From assembly GCF_018350175.1 (NCBI RefSeq), contig NC_058368.1, positions 69,628,001 to 69,692,000 on the forward strand: a stretch of DNA of 64,000 bases, in the 5' to 3' direction. Source of the stretch: Felis catus. Taxonomy: Eukaryota. Positions 1 to 12,000 of this stretch are shown piece by piece. The translations under genes were made by a program, and so were the position numbers. Position 1 is the stretch's first letter; each line of letters starts with the position of its first letter. Below the pieces are notes generated by a model. The model worked only from the letters and a program-made list of their open reading frames with translations. It was not told the DNA's origin and searched no databases.

Positions 1-444
1 TTAATAGATTAATTATTTTTCCATAGTAACCTTAAATTTAAGATAATTATGCTGGAGGATGGAAATAGAGAATGAATGTTATCTCCAGAATGCAGAGTGC
101 TAGCCCGACCCCCACCCCACCCCAAATCCCAGGGTTTCCTCTGTTGGGGTGACAGCAGCCCTGATTTCTACATCATTAAGATTGGTGGCCTAGATCTGGG
201 ATACTGGCTTGACTCCAAAGAGGCAGGTCGCCTCTGTGCTTCCCCAGGGATTGCCCAGTTGCGATTTCCTCAATGCCACAGCTTCTAAGGATTCTAGCTA
301 TAGGCTAGAATAAGTCTGAATATCAGTAATTTGGCCTTCAAGCTGAAGCAGACACGGTCATCGTTACATACAGCCGTGTGGATGTCAGGTGCCGCTCGCT
401 GCCTTACAGTCACTCAGCATGTTGAGGAATTTGAAGCTATTCTT

Positions 445-679
445 TTTTTTTTTTTTTTTTTTTAATTTTTTTTTTTCAACATTTATTTATTTTTGGGACA
501 GAGAGAGACAGAGCATGAACGGGGGAGGGGCAGAGAGAGAGGGAGACACAGAATCGGAAACAAGCTCCAGGCTCTGAGCCATCAGCCCAGAGCCTGACGC
601 GGGGCTCGAACTCACGGACCGCGAGATCGTGACCTGGCTGAAGTCGGACGCTTAACCGACCGCACCACCCAGGCGCCCC
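445..679 (-). mobile_element. Young felid Can-SINE (SINEC_Fc type)
   Basis: Full tRNA-derived head, (GA)n linker and long poly-T, CpGs retained. 18-bp TSD gaatttgaagctattctt at 427-444 and 682-699. Confidence 0.95.
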
Positions 680-1362
680 AAGAATTTGAAGCTATTCTTG
701 AGGAGGTTTAAGAAACTTATTTTACTAATGCATAGGTTCTGTATCACAGAGGTTCTAATCTGCCATTCGAAGGTGGGGTGGATATCTGTGCAAGTAGGAA
801 AATTTTGTAGATTTTAGGTGCTGGGAAGAAACCTTACCCCCGGGAGATGTGTGATTAGGCTACCGGCTTAACTGGTAACAGTGAGATGGGTCCTAATGAT
901 TTGTTTCCAACAGAAACATTACCTGCCGAGAAATGCGTTATTTTTTAAGAACACCGGAACTGTCTATTATGGAGATTTTGTTTCAGATTTCCCATTTGAG
1001 AAGGATCTCCATGTATTCTGCTTCCTGCTCCACCCCCTTGGCAGAGGGAGTCAAAGTCATCCTGGGGGACACAGGTCCGCTCATCCCTCTCCCTGACTAC
1101 CCGAGAGGGAGAAGTGAAAGGGCTGGGGATGGCAGGCCCAGATGTTGTCAGGGTTCTTGGAGTGAGAAGCGGGTTCCATTCGCGAGGGGGAGGTAGTCTG
1201 GAAGCTCAGCAACAGACTGACCCTAGGATCTGGCACTTGTGGACATCAGTGACCGTTTCAGTACCAGAGGCAGTGATGCCAGTCAGCGACGAGAACACTG
1301 TCCCTCGTTGCACTTCTGTGGGCCTGGTGCCCCACAGTGTACTTTTACATGTGGTAGTTGGG

Positions 1363-1569
1363 TTTTTTTTAAGTTTATTTATTTATTTAGAGAAGGAGCA
1401 CCAGCATGGGAGAGGGCAGAGAGAGAAGGAGAGAGAGAGAGAATCCCAAGCAGCCTCTGCCCTGTGCGTGCAGAGCCCGACGTAGGGCTTGAACTCACGG
1501 ACCGGGAGATCATGACCTGAGCCGAAACCAAGAGTCGGATGTTTAACCAACTGAGCCACCAGGTGCCCC
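1363..1569 (-). mobile_element. Can-SINE
   Basis: T-rich tail, (GA)n linker, ends ctgagccaccaggtgcccc. Confidence 0.9.
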
Positions 1570-1948
1570 ACTAGTTTTTCACCTTAAAACCTGCCAGGAA
1601 TGTCGTGTCATCATCACTTTGTGGACCCTGAGACATGGAAGCCCCAAAAGGTCAATGCCTAAGCAAGGTCACAGCATGGGAATGGCGGGTGGGGTTTTAT
1701 CCCAGGTGTTCATTGAAAGGCCTGGTGATTGCCGAAGTACCAGCAGATTCGAAAGCCGCACTCCCACCCGTTTGCTTCCTGGTCGGGTGGTGAATTTCAG
1801 CCTTTGAAATGTTTAGCATCTTTTACTGACTGACAGCTGAGAGCAAGGGAAATGGACAGCAAATCACGTGTGTGTTAGGAAAGTGACTTTTAAAATGCAT
1901 TCTCAGTGTTCTGGTGGGTGATCCTTTTTCTACTTTAAAAATCCTCTC

Positions 1949-2143
1949 GGGGGGTGGCTCAGTCGGTTAAGTGTCCGACTCTGGATTTCGGCTCAGGTCA
2001 TGATCTTGCGGTTCATGGGACAGAGCCCCGTGTCGGGCTCTGGGCTGGCAATATGGAGCCTGCTTGGGATTCTCTCTCTCCTTCTCTCTCTGCTCCTCCC
2101 CTGTTCTCTGTCTCTCAAAATAAGTAAACATAAAAAAAAAAAA
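1949..2143 (+). mobile_element. Can-SINE
   Basis: gggtggctcagtcggttaag head, CT linker, A tail. Confidence 0.9.
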
Positions 2144-2208
2144 TCTTTCTAGAAAAAATTTTAAAAGCCTTTGAATGTACCTCTCAACCAGAGAAAACTT
2201 ATACTTTA

Positions 2209-2426
2209 TTATTTTTTAAACAATTTTATTGGCAACTCCTCTTTGGTTTTGGGGGGGTGTTTTTTCAGAGAGAGCATAAACAAGTGGGGGAGAGGGGGAG
2301 AAGGAGAGAGAGAGTCTCTCTCAGTGTGGAGCCCAATGCGGGGCTTAATCCCACAGCCCTGGGATCATGACCCGAGCTGTAATCAGGAGTCGGACACTCA
2401 GCTGACTGAGCCACCCAGGTGCCCCC
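2209..2426 (-). mobile_element. Can-SINE with atypical 3' extension
   Basis: SINE body at about 2260-2426. Perfect 15-bp TSD aaaacttatacttta at 2194-2208 and 2427-2441. Confidence 0.9.
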
Positions 2427-3019
2427 AAAACTTATACTTTAAAAATTACACTGTGATGAACAGGACTGGCCTTCCATAATTATGGCTTTGCCTTGCCTGC
2501 AAAAGAAGCACCATTTTTAAGATGGTCTTTGCTCTACTGGCAAGGTTTGCATTTGCTCTCCACATATAAACATCGGAGATAGAGAAAAGGTAGATTTCTT
2601 CTATCGTTTTAGTTCTAATTTTGATGATGCCTGAAGAAATCTTGGAATGCCGCTCTCCGTTTGAAAAGAGGCCAGCCTAACACTGGAATAATTAGTACAG
2701 CCAGCTGTGGCAGGGTGGTTTTTTCAAGTAGGGATGTTATTTATAAGAAGCAAACTGAAAAGGGGCAAGCATCTCTCGCATGACAGCAGGAGTAGATTTT
2801 GACACAGATCAGAGCTGAGTGCTGTTGACCTGATTCATTTCTTGTGTGAACTCTGGTCTGACCCGCACAGGGCTCTTGGCCTTCTCTCTCAGCCAGTGTC
2901 ACCAGCTTACTTGACATATTTACCCTGTTGTCACTGACTTCATCGTGAACGTAAGTTGGATAAAGGGGCGGGAGGAGGAATGGACAGGACTTTCCATGGC
3001 CGCTCAGGAGGACAGGGTG

Positions 3020-3346
3020 ATAGGGGCTGAATTGTGCTCCCCATCGGAAGGCGTGTTGGGATGCTTGCCCCTGCTTCCTGTGAATGTGACTGTATTTGGA
3101 AGAGGGGTCTTTGAGATGTAATTAAGAAGTAGGTTCAGATGAGGTCGCACAGGAGGAGGGTGGGTCCTTGATCCAGTATTGACCAGGGTCATACTCCCTC
3201 AGAGTTTTCCCAGAGGAACCAAGCCACCAGCACCTTGATTTCAGACTTCTGGTCTCCTAAGCCGTGTGAGAGCACGCTTCGTTTCTGTTGCTTTACGCCT
3301 CCCAGTTTCTGTTACTTTGCCACCGCCACCCCAAGAAACCAGTACA
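3020..3346 (+). mobile_element. MaLR (MLT1-type) solo LTR
   Basis: Motifs gggctgaattgtg..cccc, gaatgtgactgtatttgga, ttgatttcagacttctgg, and a terminal gaaaccagtaca. Confidence 0.75.
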
Positions 3347-3499
3347 CCTGCCTCTTCTCTCTGCTTATACTTTGCCCATGTCCTCCCCTACCAAAGATCC
3401 TGTAATATTTCACTTTTAGAAAGGGTGTACACGAGAAAAAACTACCCTGAAAAAGTCCTCATAGTCTAAACGAAGACTGATTTAAGATTGAGGGGGCGG

Positions 3500-4020
3500 T
3501 GTGGAGGCGGGTCACATCCTGGCTACACCTTCACTTATTTGCCCTGAGACCTCGGGCAAGTTATCAAGCCTCCCCAAGCCACCACGTCCTTATGTGTACG
3601 ATGGACTAACCTGGGTTAGGTCCCGTGTGGTGAGAAGGACGTGTGTGGGTGGAGCCAGGTCGGGCCAGGTAGAGGCAGGTCGACATGAGCTGAGCCCCAG
3701 CATTTGCCTACCGTGTGTTATTTGGAAGCACTTGAATAACTCAGGTTACTTTTGCCAAGAGACTAGAAGGACGAACCTGTTTCCAGTAGCCTACTATATA
3801 CCTGGTACTCTGCTGGGCACCAAAATGTATTGCTTTATTTCATGCTTAAATACATTTCCAGGTAAGTGATTTATCCTAATGCTTCTGACATGCCTTCATA
3901 ATAATAAAAATTTCCCCCAGTGATTCCTACCTCTCAGGGTACTAGGAGGATTAAACAAGGGAATATATGTTATGTACCTAGTGCAATTTGCAGCATTCAG
4001 TAGGTGCTCAATAAATGCCA
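3500..4020. mobile_element. MIR fragments
   Basis: Core-like gacctcgggcaagttat and a 3'-like cagtaggtgctcaataaatg. Confidence 0.5.
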
Positions 4021-5896
4021 GGTTTTTTTGTTTGTTTTTTTGTTTTCCTTTTCACATTAACAAACTTACGAATCAAATAGTGTAAGGGGCAGCGCTGCAT
4101 GAATGGTATGATGCTTTCCAAGGTATTGTTGTTTTATAATTTCAAGACAGCTCAAACAAACGGAAAAAAAGAGCCTATGCTGGAGTCCTACGTAGTTTGA
4201 TGTGACAGCAGGGTTTACGCTAACGAAATCTCCAATAGAGGGTGACGCTTCCTGTTCCTGGGGCTGCCAGGCCACCTCTGGAAGGAATGTGACCAGATTA
4301 GGAAACAGGCGGCAAGAGACCATCATTTGCCTGTTGTGTTCGTGTGTTGTGGCAAGAAATGTTGTTTTCCTGGAGACTCTGGAGGTAGCAGACAGTTTCC
4401 CCGAGTTGGAGCGGGGAGTCTGGAAAAGGACCGGGGTGATGGGAAGGGACGCAGAGAGCCGGTGCCGAGGGCAGGGCAGCAGATGGGGCTCGTCCTCGGG
4501 CCTCCACGGGCCTCTTCAGATGGTTGCACAACAACAATTGATTGCAAATTAACGATGAAATGTTTGCAGCAAGGATGTTCTATTAGTACGATTGATGTCG
4601 GGTCAAGTGCTTGTGCCATTGAAGTCTGTGAACTTCACAGCTCAATATCCTCACTTACCCCCATCCTTCTCCACTCCAGAAGGAGTTTGGGAGATAAATG
4701 TGAGAACGTGAGATATGTGAGATAAAAGGACTGCATGTTCTAGAAGAATCTGTGTGTGTCGGGGAGATGAAGATATGGAACATAGGCACGGGTTCAGGTG
4801 CCTAGTAATACCCGCCCCCTCTCTATTCCTTCCTTCCTTTATCTCATGCGGCGGCGAATTGAGGGTGGGAACGTTATTCTTAATGTCTGCTTCACTACAA
4901 TTAGAATTAATTCACCGATGGTTTTCTGAGTTCCGATCCAGCAGACGAGCAGTCAGGGAGTAAGAAATGTCAAACTGATTCCAGTTTCAAGTCTGAGTCA
5001 TAATTATCCTCAAATACAATTGCTCTTAGTACTTTATGGTTTTCAGCATCTCATTGTCATTAATAATCTTAAAGAGTTTCAGATATTGAGCAAATTCAGG
5101 CCTCTCCCTCCTACAACTAGCACGCACGGCCAACCCTTTCCAACTGCAAAAGTAAACGCTGTTTCATGCAAGGGCCTGGGGCACGTGGGGGCGGCCGTGG
5201 AAGACCATTTCAGTGGGATTACACGGACTCTCCGGGCTGTGATTGAGTTCCTGTTGGTTGCCAGTGACCGAGTGGAGTCTGTTCTTGCGTTCAGTATTTG
5301 TGCCGTCCCTGCGTCAGGAAGGCGAGGCTGTGTGGTGCACTCGTGTGAGTTAGATGAGGTTCCCGGCCAGGTAGATGATTTGTGGAAAGGTGAACTCTCG
5401 GGCAGAGGCAGTGGCCCCACATTTCCTACTTGGAACCCAGAGCCTGGCCAAGGGTTTGTGGGCCACGTGCAGCCTCCAGCCACCGACTCGACTGCTCCTG
5501 GAGCAAAGCAAGAGAGTCAGAATCTTACCTGCTCCATCCGGAGGGTCTCACTTGTGGGATCGTCCAGAGCCCTGGGGTCAGCTTGGTAATTCTGTGTCCA
5601 GGAGCCTAAAAGCCTCCCCTGGATCTTTTTTGTTTTGGTCTGTTTTTGTTTTTTGTTCTTTTTGTTTTGTTTTGGTCCTGTTTGTAGGGCGAGGCTTTGC
5701 CGTGGTTTTGTTCTGGCACTTGGGATTCCTGCCTAGGAGAAAGGCCTTCCCCTTTGGCTGGACCAGCTATCCCACACCCTCACACTCTCTTCTACCTGGG
5801 CTCTGACAGCCATTCTGCTCCCGACACAGACTTTGTAAAAGGACGGCCCGGACACCATTGATGAGCGATTATGTATTTGCTGTGAGCCCCTATTTA

Positions 5897-6090
5897 TTTA
5901 TTTCCTTATTTTTAAGAGAGAACAAGTGAGGGAGGGGCAGAGAGAGATGGGGGTCAGGGGAGCTAGAGGATCCAAAGCAGGCTCTGCGCTGACAGCAGAG
6001 AGCCTGATGCGGGGCTTGAACTCACAAACCGCAAGGTCCTGACCTGAGCCGAAGTTGGGCGCTCAACCGACTGAGCCACCCAGGCGTCCC
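5897..6090 (-). mobile_element. Can-SINE
   Basis: SINE body. TSD gagcc(c/g)ctattta at 5884-5896 and 6091-6103. Confidence 0.9.
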
Positions 6091-6119
6091 GAGCCGCTAT
6101 TTAAACTGCACAAGAACCC

Positions 6120-6210
6120 TGCTATGTCAGTGCTCTGTCATTCCCAATTTTACCATGGGAAATGAAGGCACAGAGGGGTTGAGGAACTTGCCCAAGGGCA
6201 CACAGCTCAT
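6120..6210 (-). mobile_element. MIR fragment
   Basis: cccaatttta..gaaatgaggcacagag..aacttgcccaagggcacacagct. Confidence 0.65.
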
Positions 6211-7346
6211 GCGTGGCGGGCCCTGTCCTCCAACAGCTGTAACCAACCAACCCCCCGAAGTTCCTGGCACTGTGCCTTCTCTGACACAGGGCTGGAGTCC
6301 CCTCTCCCGACAGGCAAGGTCATCACCTCCGAGGGCGCAGCCAGCCGGAGCAGCCCCACGTGGGTACACTCATGCTCTCTTGCTTTTTGGGGCCTCCCAA
6401 GCCAGATTTGCCTCATCCTTCTTTTCCCACACAGGCCCCTTCTAGTGACTGTTTCAGTGCCCAAGTTGACCGTTCACACAGCTAAAATTTCAATAATAAC
6501 ACGCCGGTTCCAAAAGCCCGCACTGCAAGCATTTTGTCATTTCACCCGATGATTACATTATTGGGAAATTGAGGTGGAAGGGGTCTGGTCCCCTCAAGTG
6601 GCATTTGGGTGGCCACAGATGTGAGGTAGGCAGAGATAAAATTAGGCCTGACATTTGAGCATGTGCGCTCGGGAGGTTCATTGTCGAGAATCAACTCCAG
6701 CGCGGAAGCAGCCAGATGGAAAGCAAATAGAAGTGTTCTTTCTATCCTATTTAGGTTACATGTTCTTGCTAGATTGGTAAAGCTGGGAAGGAAGACCTGT
6801 AAGACTGATGCTAAAAATACCCCCAGGATTACAGCCTTTGCAGCAGGCGCTCCGTGGGTCTGTGTGGAAAGCAAGCAGCTTGTTTCTCAGCAGGTCGAGG
6901 CCTCGCGGCAACATCGAGCTCAGGAAAGCTTCTGTCTGCTTCTGGTTCCCCCTCCCGGATCCCACCATCACCTCTGGAAAGGTGGGCTCTTCTTTTGGCC
7001 AAGGCCAAGCATAAAAGAAATCTGCTACCGGACAGAGGGCAGGAGAGATTTCAAAGTGAAGCCTCGTTTTGAATGGTCTGCATCATTGCCTAGACCTGAT
7101 GCATCCACTCCATATGCGTCTTTGGAAATGGAAATTTGTTCTTGAGACAAAATTCCCCTTCCTTGTATTCTGAGGCCCCTTTCAGCGATCAAGGTGATTG
7201 TCCAGTTTCTCTCTGCTTGTTTTCCAAAGACAGTGAAGATTTCACTGGATTCCCTCTTATGTTTGGGGACGGGTGGCGGTGTTGGTTGGCTCAGACCGCC
7301 CTAACAAAATACTACCAACTGAATGGCTAAAAAATGCAGCATGTTT

Positions 7347-7545
7347 GGGGGCACCTGGGTGGCTCAATCAGTTGAGCGTCATGATCTCCCGGTTCTCAGG
7401 TTCGAGCCCTGCATCGGGCTCTGTGCTGACAGCTCAGAACTTGGAGCCTGCTTCACAATCTGTGTCACCCTTTCTGTCTGCCCCTCCCCTACTCACTCAC
7501 TCTCTCTTTCTCTCTCTTTCAAAAATAAATAAATATTTTAAAAAA
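7347..7545 (+). mobile_element. Can-SINE inserted in a MaLR LTR fragment (about 7283-7580)
   Basis: SINE body with TSD-like aaaaaatgca..tgttt. The flanks rejoin as an MLT-like taacaaaatactacca..tctcatggttccggaggctagaa. Confidence 0.85.
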
Positions 7546-7655
7546 TGCAATGTGTTTTCTCATGGTTCCGGAGGCTAGAATTCTGCCCTGCTCATTGAGC
7601 ACCCCCTGTTCCCTCCACCTCAGCAGTTGAGTTTAGCTTTTACACGATTAGTAAA

Positions 7656-7957
<302 letters not shown>

Positions 7958-8137
7958 CACCTGGAAGAGAAAAAACACAATCCATTCTTGAAAATCAAGT
8001 CTCATTTCTCTATGTTCCCCAGCCCACAGGAGAGCAATTAAAAAAAAAACTTCTCAAGTACAATTTGGCAGGATCAAATCATCCTTCATCTCAAATAACC
8101 TGTTATAATCCACTGTTGTAGAATATTTTTAAAACCT

Positions 8138-8572
8138 CAGCTTTATTGAGGTATAATTGACGTAGAAGTTGCAGGATTTTCAAAGTGCCTGTGGTGGTGG
8201 TGGTTTGCTAGATGTATACGTTATGAAAGAATCCCCCCTAGATAGTTAATTAATACATTCATTGCCTCACATGTGTATCTCTGTATGAGGATATTTAAGT
8301 TCTACTCCCTTAGCAAATTTCAGTGTTAACAATGCAGTGTTAAGTGTAGTCACCATGCTATACATTTATCACATCGATCCTTGGGCCTTATTCATCTTCT
8401 AACTGAAGGTTTATGTTCTTTTACCAGCCTCTCCCTATCCACCCCTCCCTCCCTGCCCCGGCCTCTGATAACCACTTTCCTGCTCTCTAAGACTTTGCCT
8501 TTTAAAAAGATTCCATGTATAAGCGATACCACGCAGTATTTGTCTTTCTCTGCCTGGCTTATTTTACTTCGC
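8138..8572 (-). mobile_element. Ancient L1 (L1M) 3'-end fragment
   Basis: cagctttattgaggtataattgac..., gcagtatttgtctttctctgcctggcttatttt. Confidence 0.75.
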
Positions 8573-8733
8573 ACGAAGCGCTAATCCAGGCCCAGTCTTT
8601 ATTTTTGACATCTGGATACCTATATTCACTGGAAAATAAAAAGACCTTCCTTTCTTGAGATATGTTGGAAAGAAGCATTTACGTTTATCTCTGAGTTACT
8701 CTGGATGTCTTAGGTTATAAACGACAGAGCCTA

Positions 8734-8946
8734 TTTTTTTAAATTTTTAAAAGTTTATTTTTTGACAGAGAGACAGAGCATGAGTGGGGGAGGGGCAGAG
8801 AGAGAGGGAGACAGACTCCAAAGCAGTTTCCAGGCTCTGAGCTGTCAGCACAGAGCCCGACGCGGGGCTCAAACTCACAGACTCTGAGATCGTGACCTGA
8901 GCCAAAGTCGGACGCTCAACCGACTGAGCCACCCAGGCAGCCCCCC
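8734..8946 (-). mobile_element. Can-SINE
   Basis: SINE body. TSD aacgacaga(g)ccctatt. Confidence 0.92.
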
Positions 8947-10719
8947 AACGACAGACCCTATTAAGATGACGTAAGCAGAAAATAGAATTAGATCCTTGGG
9001 CTACAGAGGCAGCTCAGACCCCAGGGCGGGAGTGCATCCGAGGCTCAGGATGTTTTCCAAACCCACCCCCGGGATCAGACACGCTTTTTCCCTCCTGGGC
9101 CCGCCTTCTTCCCTGTATTAGCAGACTGCATTCCTGCTTCTCCAGGCCTCGCAGAAGGTGGAAGATGCCCGTTCTCAGACGTGAGCCCAGAGTCACCAGC
9201 CCTGCCCCAGAGAGAGATGCCAAGAAGGCTGTCTGATTGGCACAGGTTTGCCCAGCTCCCTCCAGAGCCCCTCACCCAACCTGCCGGTACACCTCCTGCC
9301 AGATGTTTGGCTGATGATGGTTGCTCGGCTTGCCAGCCGCTGCTGGGCAAGGACCCCTGTGCTGTCCTAAGCCTTAGGAGCCTGAAGTTTTAGAATCCAC
9401 TTCAGAAGATTAAAAGGAAATGGAAAGGAGAACAGGGATTCTCCCCTCTTTTCGCTGGTTTCTCCCATAGCCCTTGGCACTTTCTCGAGTCAGATAAGAA
9501 TGAGCAGATTCAACTTGCTTTCCTGTGGTCCACGTGACACCTTAGACAGTTAGATAAACCTCAGGAGCTGTTGCAATTTGAATTGTAAATGCACCTGTCT
9601 TAAAGCAGCCTTGTCTTCAGGACTTCTCCAGCAGTGACGAAGAAATGTGGGCACCTCGCTTCTTGCCCCCTTTTCTAAAGAGCCACCAACTCTGCGGGTT
9701 AATAGGAGCTGCCAGAACCAAGGCCGTTTTCAAAAGCGCTGATGCTCTTTGGAGCTTTCGGGGTCCGCTCTCTGTCTCCTCTGCGTCCTCTGTACAAGGC
9801 CTGGGAATCTAAATGCAGAACTGGAGCCATCATTCACTCCCTGAGAGGCACCTCCAATTTGGGAAAGTGCAGGGACCCCCCGCAGGTGCCTTTCAATGTC
9901 TGTGACCTGAGACTTGGAGCCCTTTGAATTATGTAAGAAGAAAGTGACCACAGCCTCTCACTGGCTCCTTTCACACTGTTTGATGCTAAAATGTGTGAAT
10001 GCTTCAGACAAACCTTCCAGTCCCGCCGCTGGTCGGCAAAGCTGAACCGTCACCACTGCCCTCATGGAATAGAAGATCCTGGTCTCTGTTTTGGTCATTT
10101 CGCACCTGTTGGCTTACTTCCCCTGTGTCTTGAAGCTGAAGATTCTTGCTACCGAGTCATCAAGAAACACACTCCTTCTCGGCCCTTGGCCCGCGAGTTA
10201 ACTTCCTAAAACTCATGAGTGCAGACCATGAAAGCAAACCCAAGTGCATTAACCTAAGCGTGTGTTAAAATCACACTTAGACATTCTTGGGTCTGAAAAA
10301 AGGTTCTAAGAATGGAAAGCAGCTGTAGGGCAAGGACAAGAGTCACCCCCTGATTCATCCAAGGTTTTTGTGGTCATGTTCTTCAGGTGACAGATGGGCT
10401 TTTAGAGGTACGGCTGAAGCAGCAATACTCAGGAAATTCCAGGGGGTAAATGACATGCCACTTTTGCAGGAAAGAGGTATGTTAATGTGGAGTGCAGATA
10501 GAAGACCATGAAAATGAACCATGGGTAATAGCTGACCCTTCTAAGAAACCAGTTATATTTCTTTGCCTCAATTAACCTTCATGTTTTAACCTCTCAGTTA
10601 TTAGAAGAAAACCATAGCTTGTTTAAGCATTACTGTTTGGAAGTCTTAAGGCAAAGAGGAATGCTTGATGTCATTATTCCCCGGAGGGAATGAGATTTCT
10701 CCAGCTACCCAGCCAAGGC

Positions 10720-10885
10720 TTTGGAGTTGGGCAAACCTGAACTCCAGTCGTAGACCTGCCCTCAATAGCTGTGCGACCTGGGGGGCAGACTGCCTTCCCT
10801 GCCGTCAGTTTCTTCTGCAGTCTGACCTAGCGGGGGCCTTCGCAAGGGTGACATTAGATAATGTTTGGAAAGTGCCCAGGATAGG
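10720..10885 (+). mobile_element. MIR fragment
   Basis: gctttggagt..cctga..tagctgtgcgacctgggg..cagtttcttc. Confidence 0.55.
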
Positions 10886-11799
10886 GTTTAGCTGATGGTC
10901 AACAACACCTGAAAGGCACTTCATGAAAAATACTGCCAACGTGCAGAATCTTCGGTGACACAGAGTGACTCCCAGAATGAATGCCAGCCTGCCTCTGACC
11001 CAGCCTGCACACCCCTTGGTTTGGGATTTGGACTGCTCCCCACCCTGCTTGGCAGTAGCCACGGGACTGACTGCACTACCTTCCTCCTCGTTGTGTGTGC
11101 TCCTTGGCCAAATGTGGTCCTCTCTGAGGCCAAGTGACCAAGAGCAGGATGTTGCATTGTTGCCCCTTACCGAGAACAGGAGGCAGACTCTTGAATGGTG
11201 GAAGAAGGCACTGACTTGAGTAGAGGCTGTTGCCTGGGAATCATCCAAGTATCCTAGCTCAACGGAGGAATTTCTATGTAGTATGGAATTTACAATCTTA
11301 AAATTTAATTTATTGGGGTGGCCATCTTGCACACGAGGTGGCCACACTCAACCGACTGAGAACACATGCATACGCACCACACAGAATGGTGAGCAATACA
11401 CAGAGTTGTGTGGCCAGAAATGGGTATATTTATTGCCTCTGCGATAATCTGTGGTAAAAGAAAGCATTTGTTGCATATAATCAACAAGATCAGTATATTA
11501 GCACCTTGGGAGGGGGTTGATTTTTGGTTGGTGGTTGGGAGCAGTTGCCACATAGATCACAAAAGATTTTGAACTTGTTGTTGTAATTCTCATTAGTATG
11601 TTTAAGCATGTATTCCCAGGTAGCAAATAAGAAAGCCTACTAGATTTTATTTAAAATGGGGTCCAGATAGTCTCCACAATGAACAATTTATTGGTTCATC
11701 ATGAGTTTTTCTTTATCTTGTCATGTCTGTTGCTGGCTTTGAAGGTGTGGTTAATATAGGCTCCCTCCATGCCCCCCCCCCCCACTTAAGACTTCATTA

Positions 11800-12000
11800 T
11801 TTATTTTTAAGTTTATTTATTTATTTTGAGAGAGAGCAAGCATGAACAGGGGAAAGGCAGAGAGCTGGAGAGAATCTCATGCAGGCTCTGCACCATCAGC
11901 ACAGAGCCAGACATGGGGCTTGAACTCTCGACTGTGAGATCACGACCTGAGCCAAAACCAAGAGCCAGATAGATGCTTAACCGACTGATCCAGACACCCC
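11800..12000 (-). mobile_element. Can-SINE
   Basis: Tail, linker and a degenerate head. Confidence 0.88.

Noticed and set aside
5020..5806. Overlapping ORFs of 134-189 aa in unique sequence
   Set aside because: Non-ATG starts, no recognisable protein similarity, overlap on both strands; expected by chance in GC-richer sequence.
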